Positions 55,215 through 64,000 of a stretch of 64,000 nucleotides of DNA are shown here, one piece after another. Numbering within the stretch: position 1 is the stretch's first letter; each line of letters starts with the position of its first letter. The notes under the pieces are model-generated. The model saw only the letters and a list, made by a program, of their open reading frames with translations. It was not told the origin of the DNA and searched no databases. The DNA comes from Bacteroidota bacterium (lineage in GTDB: Bacteria > Bacteroidota > Ignavibacteria > Palsa-1295). Where the stretch lies: NCBI GenBank assembly GCA_021324735.1, contig JAJPIO010000006.1, forward strand, positions 15,667-79,666. The letters are read 5' to 3'. Both the position numbers and the translations under genes were made by a program.

Positions 55215-57515
55215 ATGATCCTCCGCTTGCTTTCTGTTCTCTTATTGCTAAGCTTTTCCGGTCTTGGCTACTCTCAAAGTTTAACCTTCGACTGGGTACA
55301 ACGACAAACCGGTAAAGCTGCGGTCACGACGACTTCGATCGTTTGCGATTCTGCTGGTAATATCTATATCGGTGGGGCCTTCAGTGGCATGGTCAACCTG
55401 GGCGGAATAACACTCACCAGTATTGGACAATCCGATGCTTACGTTGCTCGATTCTCATCGAATGGGTCGCTTATCTGGGCAAAACAGATCGGAGCACTTC
55501 ATACGGGGCAAACCACTTCGATAGCGCTCAGCCCAACAGGCGATCTTTACGCTATCGGTTACGTCTATGACACATCGCTCTTTCAGCTTCCCCCCTTGGT
55601 AAACAGAGCTTTCATTGCTCGTTTTACTGCAACGGGTAAACTTAAATGGCTTTTACGAAGCCAGAATGCCGGCTCGGCCACTCCCAATGGAATAGCGGTA
55701 AATCACACCGGCTCTTCTGTTTACATTGCTGGTACAGAGGCCGATTCCATGTCTCTTGGGACTGTTGGGGTCGGAGGTTGGCCCGCGTTTTCCACACCTG
55801 TAAATTCCATTTTTATCTCGAGGATCGATTCTTCTGGGAGGGTAAGATGGATTCGCAGTACCCACTCCGGCTCTCGCTCGGGTAATTATAACGCGGGGCT
55901 TTGTGCTACCGTTGATGATTCAGAAAATGTCTTTGTAGGTGGGTCATTTGCAGACTCCTTGAACCTCGGCGGTTTGCATCTCACAGGGCTTTATACACCT
56001 ACTGCTGTTCTGCTGAGCCTCGATAGTAGCGGCCAGGCTCGATGGGTCAAAAACTTTGCGGTTCTCGGCACATCGGTACAAGCACTGTGCGCTTCATTTG
56101 GATCATTGTATGCAGCAGGACAATCGGCGTTGGCGATGCGCTTCCGATCTTCCAGTGCAGTCGATAAGATCGTTACAAATGTTGGTACACCACTTGGTGC
56201 CCAAGCCATCACTTCCGATGGCGCCGGAGGAATTTTCCTTGCCGGCAATTTCTCCGGCTCGCTCGCACTCGATTCCGTTAAGATCGGAAATCTCTCCGCA
56301 AAGTTATTTATCCTGAAATTAGATACGGGATTGCACGCCCGATGGGCAGCATATACAATGGTAAATCATGTTACGTACCCTGCCATTGCCGCGAATGCCG
56401 CTGGCCAACGGTTTGTGTCTGCTACGTATACCGATAGCATTCGAATTGGTCCCTATCTAATCGGTACGACTTATGGCTACACCAGTGGGTTCGTGACATT
56501 GCTTTCTGAGTTGGATATTGCCTGCCCTTTCAAACCGGCCACAGCATATTGCCCGGGCGATTCGATCGTTGTACCGGTCGATGTCATTGGACACTTCGGC
56601 AGCGATAATGTTTTCTATGCAGAGCTTTCGGACTCTCTCAGTCAATTTCGAGGACCGAAGCAAATAGGAATGTTGGCCGGCACGTCCAATGGATTTATCC
56701 GGGCGGTGATCCCCAAATCTACCTTACCCGGTTCTCATTACCGTGTGCGGGTTACTTCTACCGTACCTCCTTATGCAGGCGATGATAATGGAGTGAACGT
56801 TATGATAAGCGCCGCTCCCAAAGCGATCATGACGCCTAATGGCGCGATCGACCTTTGCGAAGATGACTCTCTCACTCTTACTGCTTCTGGAGGCGCTCAC
56901 TATCAATGGTCGACCGGTGATACAACGCCCGCTATTCGAGTCGGTGCAAGTGGAGACTATTCGGTCTTTGTCGCGGGTAGCAGCGGTTGTGGGGTTTCAC
57001 TACCACCTGCAACGGTCGTCATGAGGTTAAAACCACCCATTCCTCCCGTGACACGGTCCGGTAACACCATATACGCTAACGTAACCGGCGTTCAATATCA
57101 ATGGTATTACAATCACAAGCCGTTATCGGGCGCTGTAAACTCCAGCCTTGATATCACCTATAATGGGACGTACAACGTAACGGTTACGAATCCATATCAT
57201 TGTACTTCTACTTCCGAGGATTATAGTGTTACTGACCTGCTTCCATCCGCTGTGTCTCAAAATTCGATCTTGCCAATTGTTATTACTGCCGTTAACGGCG
57301 ACAATATTAAGATATTGAATGCAGCCGACGAAAGTACTTTTATCGAGATCGACGATGTTTCAGGGCGGCCGCTCCTTAGCCACGCGGATCGAATAGCCGA
57401 TAACGAAGCTACGATCTCGTTACCCCAATTTGAAGCACTCCCGTCAGGAATATATTATGTTCGTGTCGAAATTGCTGGTCAAGTAAAGACGCTTAAGCTA
57501 ATTCATTCTCACTAA
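55215..57515 (+). CDS. T9SS-type secreted protein with beta-propeller-like repeats
   Basis: 766 aa. Signal peptide MILRLLSVLLLLSFSGLGYSQ, repeated G(G/T)xxS/YxAG blades, and a C-terminal sorting-domain-like ~80 aa (…GIYYVRVEIAGQVKTLKLIHSH). Confidence 0.72.
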   Translation: MILRLLSVLLLLSFSGLGYSQSLTFDWVQRQTGKAAVTTTSIVCDSAGNIYIGGAFSGMVNLGGITLTSIGQSDAYVARFSSNGSLIWAKQIGALHTGQTTSIALSPTGDLYAIGYVYDTSLFQLPPLVNRAFIARFTATGKLKWLLRSQNAGSATPNGIAVNHTGSSVYIAGTEADSMSLGTVGVGGWPAFSTPVNSIFISRIDSSGRVRWIRSTHSGSRSGNYNAGLCATVDDSENVFVGGSFADSLNLGGLHLTGLYTPTAVLLSLDSSGQARWVKNFAVLGTSVQALCASFGSLYAAGQSALAMRFRSSSAVDKIVTNVGTPLGAQAITSDGAGGIFLAGNFSGSLALDSVKIGNLSAKLFILKLDTGLHARWAAYTMVNHVTYPAIAANAAGQRFVSATYTDSIRIGPYLIGTTYGYTSGFVTLLSELDIACPFKPATAYCPGDSIVVPVDVIGHFGSDNVFYAELSDSLSQFRGPKQIGMLAGTSNGFIRAVIPKSTLPGSHYRVRVTSTVPPYAGDDNGVNVMISAAPKAIMTPNGAIDLCEDDSLTLTASGGAHYQWSTGDTTPAIRVGASGDYSVFVAGSSGCGVSLPPATVVMRLKPPIPPVTRSGNTIYANVTGVQYQWYYNHKPLSGAVNSSLDITYNGTYNVTVTNPYHCTSTSEDYSVTDLLPSAVSQNSILPIVITAVNGDNIKILNAADESTFIEIDDVSGRPLLSHADRIADNEATISLPQFEALPSGIYYVRVEIAGQVKTLKLIHSH

Positions 57516-57520
57516 GGGCT

Positions 57521-60289
57521 ATGAAAAAGGTCATCCCACTCATCCTGTTTACAAGTTCTCTCCTCATTCTGCTTGGTCTCACTGTTCGATTCGATCGCCA
57601 ACGTGGCCGAGTGCCAGAGCAATTATTGGATGAGAACATAGGTGCGTTGCAATATCGCAATTACCTCATGCTTCGCGATCCGGCTACCGGCGAAATCCCT
57701 CGCGGTATTCATGTGCGCGAATTGGCATACGCCCGCTCGCTTCAGCATTCGTATCAGTCCCAGTCGGGTATGGCGACGATCCGAACGGATAATTGGACCT
57801 CGGCCGGGCCGATCAATCTCGGCGGAAGAACGCGGGCGATCGGGCTCGATATAACCAATGAGGCAACGATCCTCATTGCGACCGCCCAAGGTGGCGTTTG
57901 GCGTTCGACCGACAGCGGTAAAAGCTGGTCTCGGTCCACCGCGCCGGGACAGTTAAAAGATATGACCTGCATCACTCAGGATCATCGCAGTGGAAAGACG
58001 AACACATGGTATGCAGGTACCGGTGAACTGCTCAGCACAACGTGGCGGCGATCGTCGGTGGTGGATCAACCGTACTATCGAACGACTGATGTTGGCAATG
58101 GGATTTACAAATCGACCGACAATGGGGTAAGTTGGTTCGTGCTTCAATCCACAGTAGATCCTACACAAACGGTGCTGGATAGTGCCTTCGATGGCGTGTG
58201 GAATATTGTGGTCGATAATATTCATACGAATCAGGACATCGTGTTTGCGGCAGGCTACGGCGCGATCATGCGGTCGACGAACGGTGGTGTGTCGTGGTCA
58301 CGCATACTTGGCGATCCGACTCATCCATCGCTTGCTACCGATATTGCAATGACTTCGACCGGCGTCCTGTACGCTTACTTTAGCCAGCAAACACTGGGTA
58401 CTGGTGTTCCCACGACGGCAGGAGTCTGGCGCTCTCCGGACGGAGTTACCTGGAATAGAATTTCTCCCAGCGGTTGGGCGACCGGACTTGGCAGAATGCG
58501 TATCGCTATAGCGCCGTCAGATGAAAATACCGTCTACTTCGGAGGCTACTCTTCAACTCTTTCCACCAGTGCAGAACTTTCAAAATATACGTATGTATCA
58601 GGCGATGGTTCGGGTGCTGGAGGAACGTGGGAGGACCGATCGGGAAATTTACCGGATATTACCTATCCGATCGATCCGGAAGGATTAAATGTCTTCGATG
58701 GCTACACCATTGCGCTGAAGGTACACCCCACCAATCCGAATTTATTGTTTTTCGGCGGCACAAATTTATACCGAGATACCTCTGCCTTTGGTAACCAATT
58801 CGATTGGGTCTGGATCGGCGGCTATTATTCGCCGTGGGTCATCGCTTCGAAAATGAGCATCCCGACCGATAGCAGTCAAAGCTATCCGAACCACCACCCT
58901 GACAATCACGATATGGTCTTCAGTCCGCTAAATCCACGCACCTTGTACTCGGCAACGGATGCCGGTATTTTCGTCACTCGTAATTGCCTTGCTACCTTCA
59001 ATGGAATTCGGCCAATAGAATGGACCAACCTAAATCACGGTGATGTGGCCAGCATGACGTATGTCGTCGGGCTCGACCATGCAACGAATGGCGATGGTAC
59101 GCTCGTAGCGGGCTTCCAGGATCAAGGTTCGTGGCTCGGTAAAGCAGGCTCTCCGTGGACTCAATGGGATGGCGGTGATGGCTGCTACTGTGCTATTGCC
59201 GATCATGGCACCGCATATTACATGTCGAGTCAGGTTGGTTACGTAGCACGATTTGTACCCCCGAGCCAGCAAGGTACGGAGATTCGTCCTCCGCTCGAGG
59301 CTGGCACCAACCCGCAGTTTGTCACACCATGGATGCTTAATCCAGCGAATAACGAGCAGATGTTCTTTGCAGAGAATGACTCGTTGTGGCGGAATAATTC
59401 GCTCTCTCAGGCTAACGTTAGTTGGCAGCGATTAACACATTGTGTCGTCCCGGATGGAATTTACATTTCTGCTCTCGGAATGTCGGTATCCCCTGCCAAC
59501 CGGCTTTATTATGGCACAAGCTATGGACAGTTATATCGCGTCGATAATGCTAACACCGGGGATCCGACCCCACGAGAAGTGACCAGCTCGATCTTCCCCA
59601 AAGGCGCGTTTATCTCTTGCGTTGCAGTCGACCCGCAGAATGCCGACAATGTGATCGCCTGCTTTTCGAATTATCATGTCGTAAGTCTATTTGCTTCGAA
59701 CGATGGCGGCTCTACCTGGCGCAATATTAGCGGAAACCTCGAGCAGAATCCCGACGGCTCCGGTGATGGCCCGTCCACCCGTTGGGTAACCATCGTTCAC
59801 CAAAGCGGACAGACCCTCTATCTGGTCGGCACCAGCGTGGGATTGTTCTCTGCTACCGATATTTCTTCGTCCAATGTTACGTGGACGCAGGAAGGCGTGA
59901 ATAACATCGGTTATATTACAGTCGAAAATATCGATGCCAGACAATCCGATGGTTTTGTTGCGATCGCAACGCAGGGTGCTGGTATCTATACCGCGCATGT
60001 AACCGCTTCTGCCGGAGTGAGATCGGCGGCTGACGACATCACTCATTTATCCATCTACCCCAATCCGGCTTCCAACGTAACGACGATATCGTTTAAAACC
60101 ACTTCCGAGAGCCGCCCCGAACTCTCTATACTTGATATTACTGGTAAGCGCGTGTTTTCGACTACCGGCGCTGATCTTGGAACCGGTAGCTATTCATTCG
60201 ATTGTTCACGGCTCCCAATTGGGTCATATTTTGTTCAGCTACAAGTCGGAGAGGCTGTCGAAACACGGCGGTTCATAATACAGCGATAA
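57521..60289 (+). CDS. BNR/Asp-box repeat beta-propeller protein with T9SS C-terminal domain
   Basis: 922 aa. Asp-boxes STDSGKSW, STDNGVSW, STNGGVSW, SPDGVTW and SNDGGSTW. The C-terminal HLSIYPNPASNVTTISF...ETRRFIIQR is a T9SS CTD. No FRIP motif, so it is not callable as a sialidase. Confidence 0.8.
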   Translation: MKKVIPLILFTSSLLILLGLTVRFDRQRGRVPEQLLDENIGALQYRNYLMLRDPATGEIPRGIHVRELAYARSLQHSYQSQSGMATIRTDNWTSAGPINLGGRTRAIGLDITNEATILIATAQGGVWRSTDSGKSWSRSTAPGQLKDMTCITQDHRSGKTNTWYAGTGELLSTTWRRSSVVDQPYYRTTDVGNGIYKSTDNGVSWFVLQSTVDPTQTVLDSAFDGVWNIVVDNIHTNQDIVFAAGYGAIMRSTNGGVSWSRILGDPTHPSLATDIAMTSTGVLYAYFSQQTLGTGVPTTAGVWRSPDGVTWNRISPSGWATGLGRMRIAIAPSDENTVYFGGYSSTLSTSAELSKYTYVSGDGSGAGGTWEDRSGNLPDITYPIDPEGLNVFDGYTIALKVHPTNPNLLFFGGTNLYRDTSAFGNQFDWVWIGGYYSPWVIASKMSIPTDSSQSYPNHHPDNHDMVFSPLNPRTLYSATDAGIFVTRNCLATFNGIRPIEWTNLNHGDVASMTYVVGLDHATNGDGTLVAGFQDQGSWLGKAGSPWTQWDGGDGCYCAIADHGTAYYMSSQVGYVARFVPPSQQGTEIRPPLEAGTNPQFVTPWMLNPANNEQMFFAENDSLWRNNSLSQANVSWQRLTHCVVPDGIYISALGMSVSPANRLYYGTSYGQLYRVDNANTGDPTPREVTSSIFPKGAFISCVAVDPQNADNVIACFSNYHVVSLFASNDGGSTWRNISGNLEQNPDGSGDGPSTRWVTIVHQSGQTLYLVGTSVGLFSATDISSSNVTWTQEGVNNIGYITVENIDARQSDGFVAIATQGAGIYTAHVTASAGVRSAADDITHLSIYPNPASNVTTISFKTTSESRPELSILDITGKRVFSTTGADLGTGSYSFDCSRLPIGSYFVQLQVGEAVETRRFIIQR

Positions 60290-60302
60290 TACGCATACGA
60301 TC

Positions 60303-60596
60303 ATGGGTGATAAGGAAGTTTTTTCGATCCCGCAGGACGATAGTGATGAGCAGGAACGCGAACGACGTATCCAGGAAGCATTTACATCGCTGCGGAATAA
60401 AACCGGCAAACCTTTAAGCGAAGAAGAAGAGCGCCGTATTCGCAACATCCATGAAGCCGTTGCTTCCGGTGACAAAAAAGCGGCCGAAGAACATCTCTCC
60501 ACCGTTCGGCAGGAATCGAGCTGGCTCTATGAAGAGCTAATGAAGCATCCCGAGATCTCTGCGATCTTGCGAGAGCTATCCATTATGGGGTTCTAA
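60303..60596 (+). CDS. hypothetical charged small protein
   Basis: 97 aa and highly charged (EE/RR-rich). Followed by a pair of hairpins (GCAAGC-cgaa-GCTTGC and GCGCATGC..GCTTGCGC) before the convergent yjbQ. Confidence 0.5.
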   Translation: MGDKEVFSIPQDDSDEQERERRIQEAFTSLRNKTGKPLSEEEERRIRNIHEAVASGDKKAAEEHLSTVRQESSWLYEELMKHPEISAILRELSIMGF

Positions 60597-60727
60597 ATGT
60601 AGTGCAAGCCGAAGCTTGCGCCTAAGTGTAGCGCATGCTTCAGCTTGCGCAGCCAGTATTAAACTATCCTTCTTTTCAGGATCAATTCTTCCGGCATCGA
60701 CTCCCGATCGTGCCGTTTTCAAGCGCG

Positions 60728-61147
60728 TTATTCCCCGATAATTTTGATCAGCACTCGCTTTCTTCTTCGGCCATCATATTCACCGTAGAATATCTGCTCC
60801 CACGGACCAAAATCGAGCTTACCATTCGTGATAGCGACGGTCACTTCCCGCCCCATAAGCTGTCGCTTTAAGTGGGCGTCCGCGTTATCTTCACCGGTCT
60901 TATTGTGATCGTATTGCGAGATCGGTGCATGTGGTGCAAGTTTTTCGAGCCAACGCTCGAAATCCTTGTGCAGGCCGTGTTCATCATCATTGATAAAACA
61001 GGACGCGGTAATATGCATCGGATTCACAAGCACAAGCCCTTCCTTCACACCGCTTTCGTCAATAGCCTGTTGTACCTCATCCGATATATTGACATAACCC
61101 CACTCCGTTGGCAGGTGCATCCACAGTTCTTTACGGTATGTCTTCAT
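60728..61147 (-). CDS. yjbQ: YjbQ/UPF0047 family secondary thiamine-phosphate synthase-like protein
   Basis: 139 aa. [11 protein letters not shown]...[36 protein letters not shown]...[35 protein letters not shown] is the YjbQ signature. Confidence 0.85.
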   Translation of the reverse strand: MKTYRKELWMHLPTEWGYVNISDEVQQAIDESGVKEGLVLVNPMHITASCFINDDEHGLHKDFERWLEKLAPHAPISQYDHNKTGEDNADAHLKRQLMGREVTVAITNGKLDFGPWEQIFYGEYDGRRRKRVLIKIIGE

Positions 61148-61177
61148 GGTGAGTGGTGATGAATTATGAAAGTTGAG

Positions 61178-62038
61178 CTATGAATGTTCTATTGCGGCAA
61201 GCACCGCAAGTGCTTCCCTGGTTGGCTTAACATCGTGAGTACGAATAATTTTCGCGCCATGCTGCACGCCATAGCAGGCCGCGGCGATACTTCCAATTAC
61301 CCGCTCTTTGGGCGGTGGATTACTCCCCATCGCTCGCCCGATCGATGATTTACGAGAGACTCCCAGTACCAGCGGTACTCGTAACGATTCAAATTCAGCG
61401 TGATGTTTTAACAGTTTGAGGTTGTCCTGATAAACTTTACCGAATCCAATTCCGACATCCGCCAGGATGGTCACTACCCCAGCCCTGCGCGCCGCTTGAA
61501 TTCGCTCTTCCAAATATCGCTTTACCTCAAAAACGACGTCATCATACTCATAGTCTTCGATACGCGGCTTCTGAAAGTGAGGACCATGCCCATGCATGAG
61601 AATTATTGGAGCTTGCCGATTCGCAGCAGTTCGAAAAATTGCGGGATCGGTCGTTCCTGCGCTCACATCATTGATGATGTCGGCGCCTTCTTCTATTGCA
61701 AGCTCCGCAACCTCGGATTTCTGGGTATCCACTGAAATAAGGACATCCTGATTCTTTTCTCTAATCGCCTTTATTACTGGAATTACTCGCTCCAATTCTT
61801 CTGTCACGGATAAGGTCTGGGCTCCCACTCCATACGCCGCTCCGGGTGGACGAGTCGACTCACCGCCAACATCAATGATCTCTGCACCATCGGCTGCCAT
61901 TTTAAGGGCATGGGTTACTGCCACATCGATAGAGAGGTAATCTCCCCCGTCACTGAAGGAATCAGGAGTGACGTTCAGTATCCCCATAATTATAGGGCCG
62001 GGACGGTGGAGAATGTCGTGTAGCGAGCGGTGAGTCAT
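61178..62038 (-). CDS. folP: dihydropteroate synthase
   Basis: ILNVTPDSFSDGG, EIIDVGGESTRPG and pterin-binding fold motifs, 286 aa. Confidence 0.9.
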   Translation of the reverse strand: MTHRSLHDILHRPGPIIMGILNVTPDSFSDGGDYLSIDVAVTHALKMAADGAEIIDVGGESTRPPGAAYGVGAQTLSVTEELERVIPVIKAIREKNQDVLISVDTQKSEVAELAIEEGADIINDVSAGTTDPAIFRTAANRQAPIILMHGHGPHFQKPRIEDYEYDDVVFEVKRYLEERIQAARRAGVVTILADVGIGFGKVYQDNLKLLKHHAEFESLRVPLVLGVSRKSSIGRAMGSNPPPKERVIGSIAAACYGVQHGAKIIRTHDVKPTREALAVLAAIEHS

Positions 62039-62060
62039 AAGAAATAGCTACAAACAGCAA

Positions 62061-62084
62061 CGGGCGGCCCTATAGGCCGCCCGC
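62061..62084 (-). terminator. perfect GC hairpin between the small basic ORF and folP (terminator/attenuator-like)
   Basis: CGGGCGGCC-ctatag-GGCCGCCCG is a perfect 9-bp stem. On the minus strand it is followed by TTGCTGTTTGTAGCTATTTC, only moderately U-rich. Confidence 0.4.
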
Positions 62085-62106
62085 AGTTAAATATTTGCTA
62101 CACAAA

Positions 62107-62271
62107 TTATTCGGCAGCCGCTTCAGGGGCCGCCGCTGGAGCAGCCTTCTTCGGACGCGTCGCGGTGCGGCGTGTCGATTTTGCCGAGGCCTTGGCCTCA
62201 CGTGTTCTGCGCTTTACACGCTCTACTGCCTTTTTATGCTTCTTGCGGACTTTTTTGGTCTTCTTGTTCAT
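62107..62271 (-). CDS. small Lys/Arg-rich basic protein (54 aa)
   Basis: Hand translation gives MNKKTKKVRKKHKKAVERVKRRTREAKASAKSTRRTATRPKKAAPAAAPEAAAE. About 45% K+R, below the ORF-track size cutoff, and antisense to a junk-like 102-aa track ORF. Confidence 0.35.
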   Translation of the reverse strand: MNKKTKKVRKKHKKAVERVKRRTREAKASAKSTRRTATRPKKAAPAAAPEAAAE

Positions 62272-62283
62272 GCAATGATTGAA

Positions 62284-62973
62284 TTAACTCTTATTGGCGC
62301 CGTCTGTATCGCCAGAACCGCTCTTTTTGTTCCAGGTGACAATATATCCGTCATTTCGGATAAGGTTCTGGACGGTCTCGAACTCCTTGACCTTGGGCAG
62401 TAATTGCGATAGAAATTTGTTCAGCATTGCAAGCCGCTCATTCTCACTGGTGACGCTTAACAGCGCTTGGCGCTGCGGTGCCTCCAAGCCAGACTTCTGA
62501 GCTATCTTAAACGATGGAAAGCGGTCCTCCGCATTCCAGATCGATTCATCCAGCGGGTCGATCGAGCCCTTATAGGCTAATTCCGTCAGCTCGTTAAAGA
62601 GATTGATCGTATCCCCTGCTAATTTGGTATCTCGTTCCTCTGGTTCGTCATCTAACCAGCGGACCGTTGCGAACGAGATCTGGTCCGGACCATTCTGCTC
62701 GAACTCGAGCACTTCATAGCGGCGCTCGCCTTCGGTTACGATATCCAATTCACCGTCTGGATAGCGCTCTGTTACCTCCACGACCCGGGCGGAACAACCA
62801 ACGGCATGCAGTCGGTCTTCTTCCACATAGTTAATGCCGAAGGTCGAGTGATCTTTGACAACCTCGTCGATCAGTTTCTTATATCGATCCTCAAATATGT
62901 GGAGGGGAATGCGACTCTCAGGAAAGAGAACCACCCCTAATGGAAAAACCGGAATACGTGTACTATTTGCCAT
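62284..62973 (-). CDS. Lon N-terminal (substrate-binding) domain protein
   Basis: IPVFPLGVVLFPESRIPLHIFEDRYKKLI matches the LON N-domain start (PLFPL...LHIFEPRY). 229 aa with no ATPase or protease domain. Confidence 0.8.
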   Translation of the reverse strand: MANSTRIPVFPLGVVLFPESRIPLHIFEDRYKKLIDEVVKDHSTFGINYVEEDRLHAVGCSARVVEVTERYPDGELDIVTEGERRYEVLEFEQNGPDQISFATVRWLDDEPEERDTKLAGDTINLFNELTELAYKGSIDPLDESIWNAEDRFPSFKIAQKSGLEAPQRQALLSVTSENERLAMLNKFLSQLLPKVKEFETVQNLIRNDGYIVTWNKKSGSGDTDGANKS

Positions 62974-63054
62974 GACTGCTATACAAATCTACGAAAGGAT
63001 GAGCCAAATCATCGAAAAGCAACGAGGAGTACTTTTCGAAGACGCTGGGAGCGA

Positions 63055-63261
63055 CTATCCGTTATGTTCTTTCCATAATTCATACCACATCATTTGCACA
63101 GCTTCCAGCTTTTTCTCATTGGAACTGTGAAGGTCATCCTGAAAGGATGGTAATTCACCGATCCATTTTAGCAGGTCCGTAAATCGGACCGTAAGAGGAT
63201 CGACATCTGGATGAGCAGCTAAAAGCTCTTCAGCAATATCTTCAAGGTCAGTCCATCTCAT
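63055..63261 (-). CDS. iscX: Fe-S cluster assembly protein IscX-like
   Basis: 68 aa. MRWTDLEDIAEELLAAHPDVDPLTVRFTDLLKWIGELPSFQDDLHSSNEKKLEAVQMMW parallels IscX/YfhJ ([52 protein letters not shown]). Confidence 0.75.
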   Translation of the reverse strand: MRWTDLEDIAEELLAAHPDVDPLTVRFTDLLKWIGELPSFQDDLHSSNEKKLEAVQMMWYELWKEHNG

Positions 63262-63272
63262 AGTTCTTAGCT

Positions 63273-63608
63273 CTAATGTGCACCTTCGTGGAATAACTTA
63301 GCAATGGCCGGATTAAGCTGCGGTATCTCGACGATATAATCGGCGTCCTCCTGGATCTTGCACTGGCAGCCCAGTCGCGATTCCAATGCTAATCCTTCGG
63401 CCTCATCCAACTGATCCGCTTCATCGTCTTCCATCTCGGGAAGTAATTCCATTCCTTGCTTGACCTTTACATGACAGGTGGAGCAGGCGCAAACGCCGCC
63501 ACAATTATGCTGCAGATCAATATTATGTGCAAGGGCAACATCGAGGAAACTCTCGCCAACGAGAGCTTCACAGGTAATGCCCATCGGAAGAAACGTTACA
63601 GTCGGCAA
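63273..63608 (-). CDS. fdx: 2Fe-2S ferredoxin (ISC-type Fdx)
   Basis: Cys ligands in CGGVCACSTCHV and ...GCQC. 111 aa with adrenodoxin-like spacing. Confidence 0.85.
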   Translation of the reverse strand: MPTVTFLPMGITCEALVGESFLDVALAHNIDLQHNCGGVCACSTCHVKVKQGMELLPEMEDDEADQLDEAEGLALESRLGCQCKIQEDADYIVEIPQLNPAIAKLFHEGAH

Positions 63609-63677
63609 GTGCGGGAGGGTTAGAGTTTAGGATTCGGGTTTAGTGTACCTATGCACCTAAACCCGAATCCATAAAAG

Positions 63678-64000
63678 TTATCGCGCTATATACTTTAAGA
63701 ATCGCTCGTTAATGCGTCCCCAGTGCAAGCCATTGATGAAGTTATCAATATAGGCCGCACGTTTTGGGCCGTCCTTATGGTAATAGGCATGTTCGAATAC
63801 ATCGCATGCGATGAGCGGAACCGCGCCCCATACAGCACCATAATGATGCTCGTCGACGAGCACGTTTTTAAGCTGGCCAGAACCGAGCGTATCGAATACC
63901 AACAAGCCCCAACCGGAAAGCTTCGCTGCAAGCGACGTTGCTTTGAAATCGGTTTTCCATTCTTCGAACGAGCCGAAATCGCGAGTGATCTGCTCGTGAA
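63678..64000 (-). CDS. sod: Fe/Mn superoxide dismutase, C-terminal part (gene continues past the window end)
   Basis: The frame is open to the window end. ...AAKLSGWGLLVFDTLGSGQLKNVLVDEHHYG...DVFEHAYYHKDGPKRAAYIDNFINGLHWGRINERF matches the SOD C-terminal domain, including the D-x-W/F-E-H-A-Y-Y metal-ligand motif. The track's 'M' at 63905 is an internal TTG. Confidence 0.85.
   Translation of the reverse strand, partial: HEQITRDFGSFEEWKTDFKATSLAAKLSGWGLLVFDTLGSGQLKNVLVDEHHYGAVWGAVPLIACDVFEHAYYHKDGPKRAAYIDNFINGLHWGRINERFLKYIAR

Overview
This 64 kb window comes from a bacterium of about 50-55% GC. I place it in the FCB group (Bacteroidota / Ignavibacteriota / Rhodothermota-like) because seven large secreted proteins end in T9SS (Por) C-terminal sorting domains with the characteristic (Y/F/K)PNP(A/V/F) motif. 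A PD40-repeat/OmpA protein and a GxxExxY (PDDEXK_3) gene point the same way.

Core genes are mostly tightly packed: accD, an arginase-family gene, panC, panD and a standalone GlmU-N-like nucleotidyltransferase form one cluster. Then come a LytR_C protein, rsfS, argS, a CorC/HlyC transporter, and groES-groEL with an upstream CIRCE operator and a strong intrinsic terminator. A cbs-cgl transsulfuration pair with a coupled lipoprotein follows, then recQ-purM, rlmI, yjbQ-folP, a Lon-N domain protein, iscX-fdx and a partial Fe/Mn superoxide dismutase at the window end.

Accessory and variable content is where the interesting signals are:
- A low-GC insertion directly after the groEL terminator carries an AbiTii-like abortive-infection protein and a small single-TM protein. 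Next to it is a hypothetical ORF flanked by ~100 bp palindromic direct repeats.
- A cluster of MITE-like elements with terminal inverted repeats GTCTGAAC(T)GGGAT surrounds a GxxExxY nuclease-fold gene.
- Three tandem 37 bp hairpin repeats sit between convergent genes.
- Two tandem MFS transporter paralogs lie beside a LamG + SGNH/sialate-O-acetylesterase-like T9SS protein and BNR-repeat T9SS proteins.
- A methionine-rich lipoprotein may bind copper.
- A PD40-OmpA protein carries an unusual 14-aa 'DTTGxWAxxHPxG' tandem repeat.

Two genes are interrupted by frameshifts at homopolymers. A C7 run splits a ~1250-aa BNR/Ig-repeat T9SS protein. A T6 run splits a DUF4328-like membrane protein. This is either phase variation or pseudogenisation, or homopolymer assembly error.

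I found no rRNA, tRNA or CRISPR array. Several long ORFs in the track are antisense shadows of real genes and were rejected.
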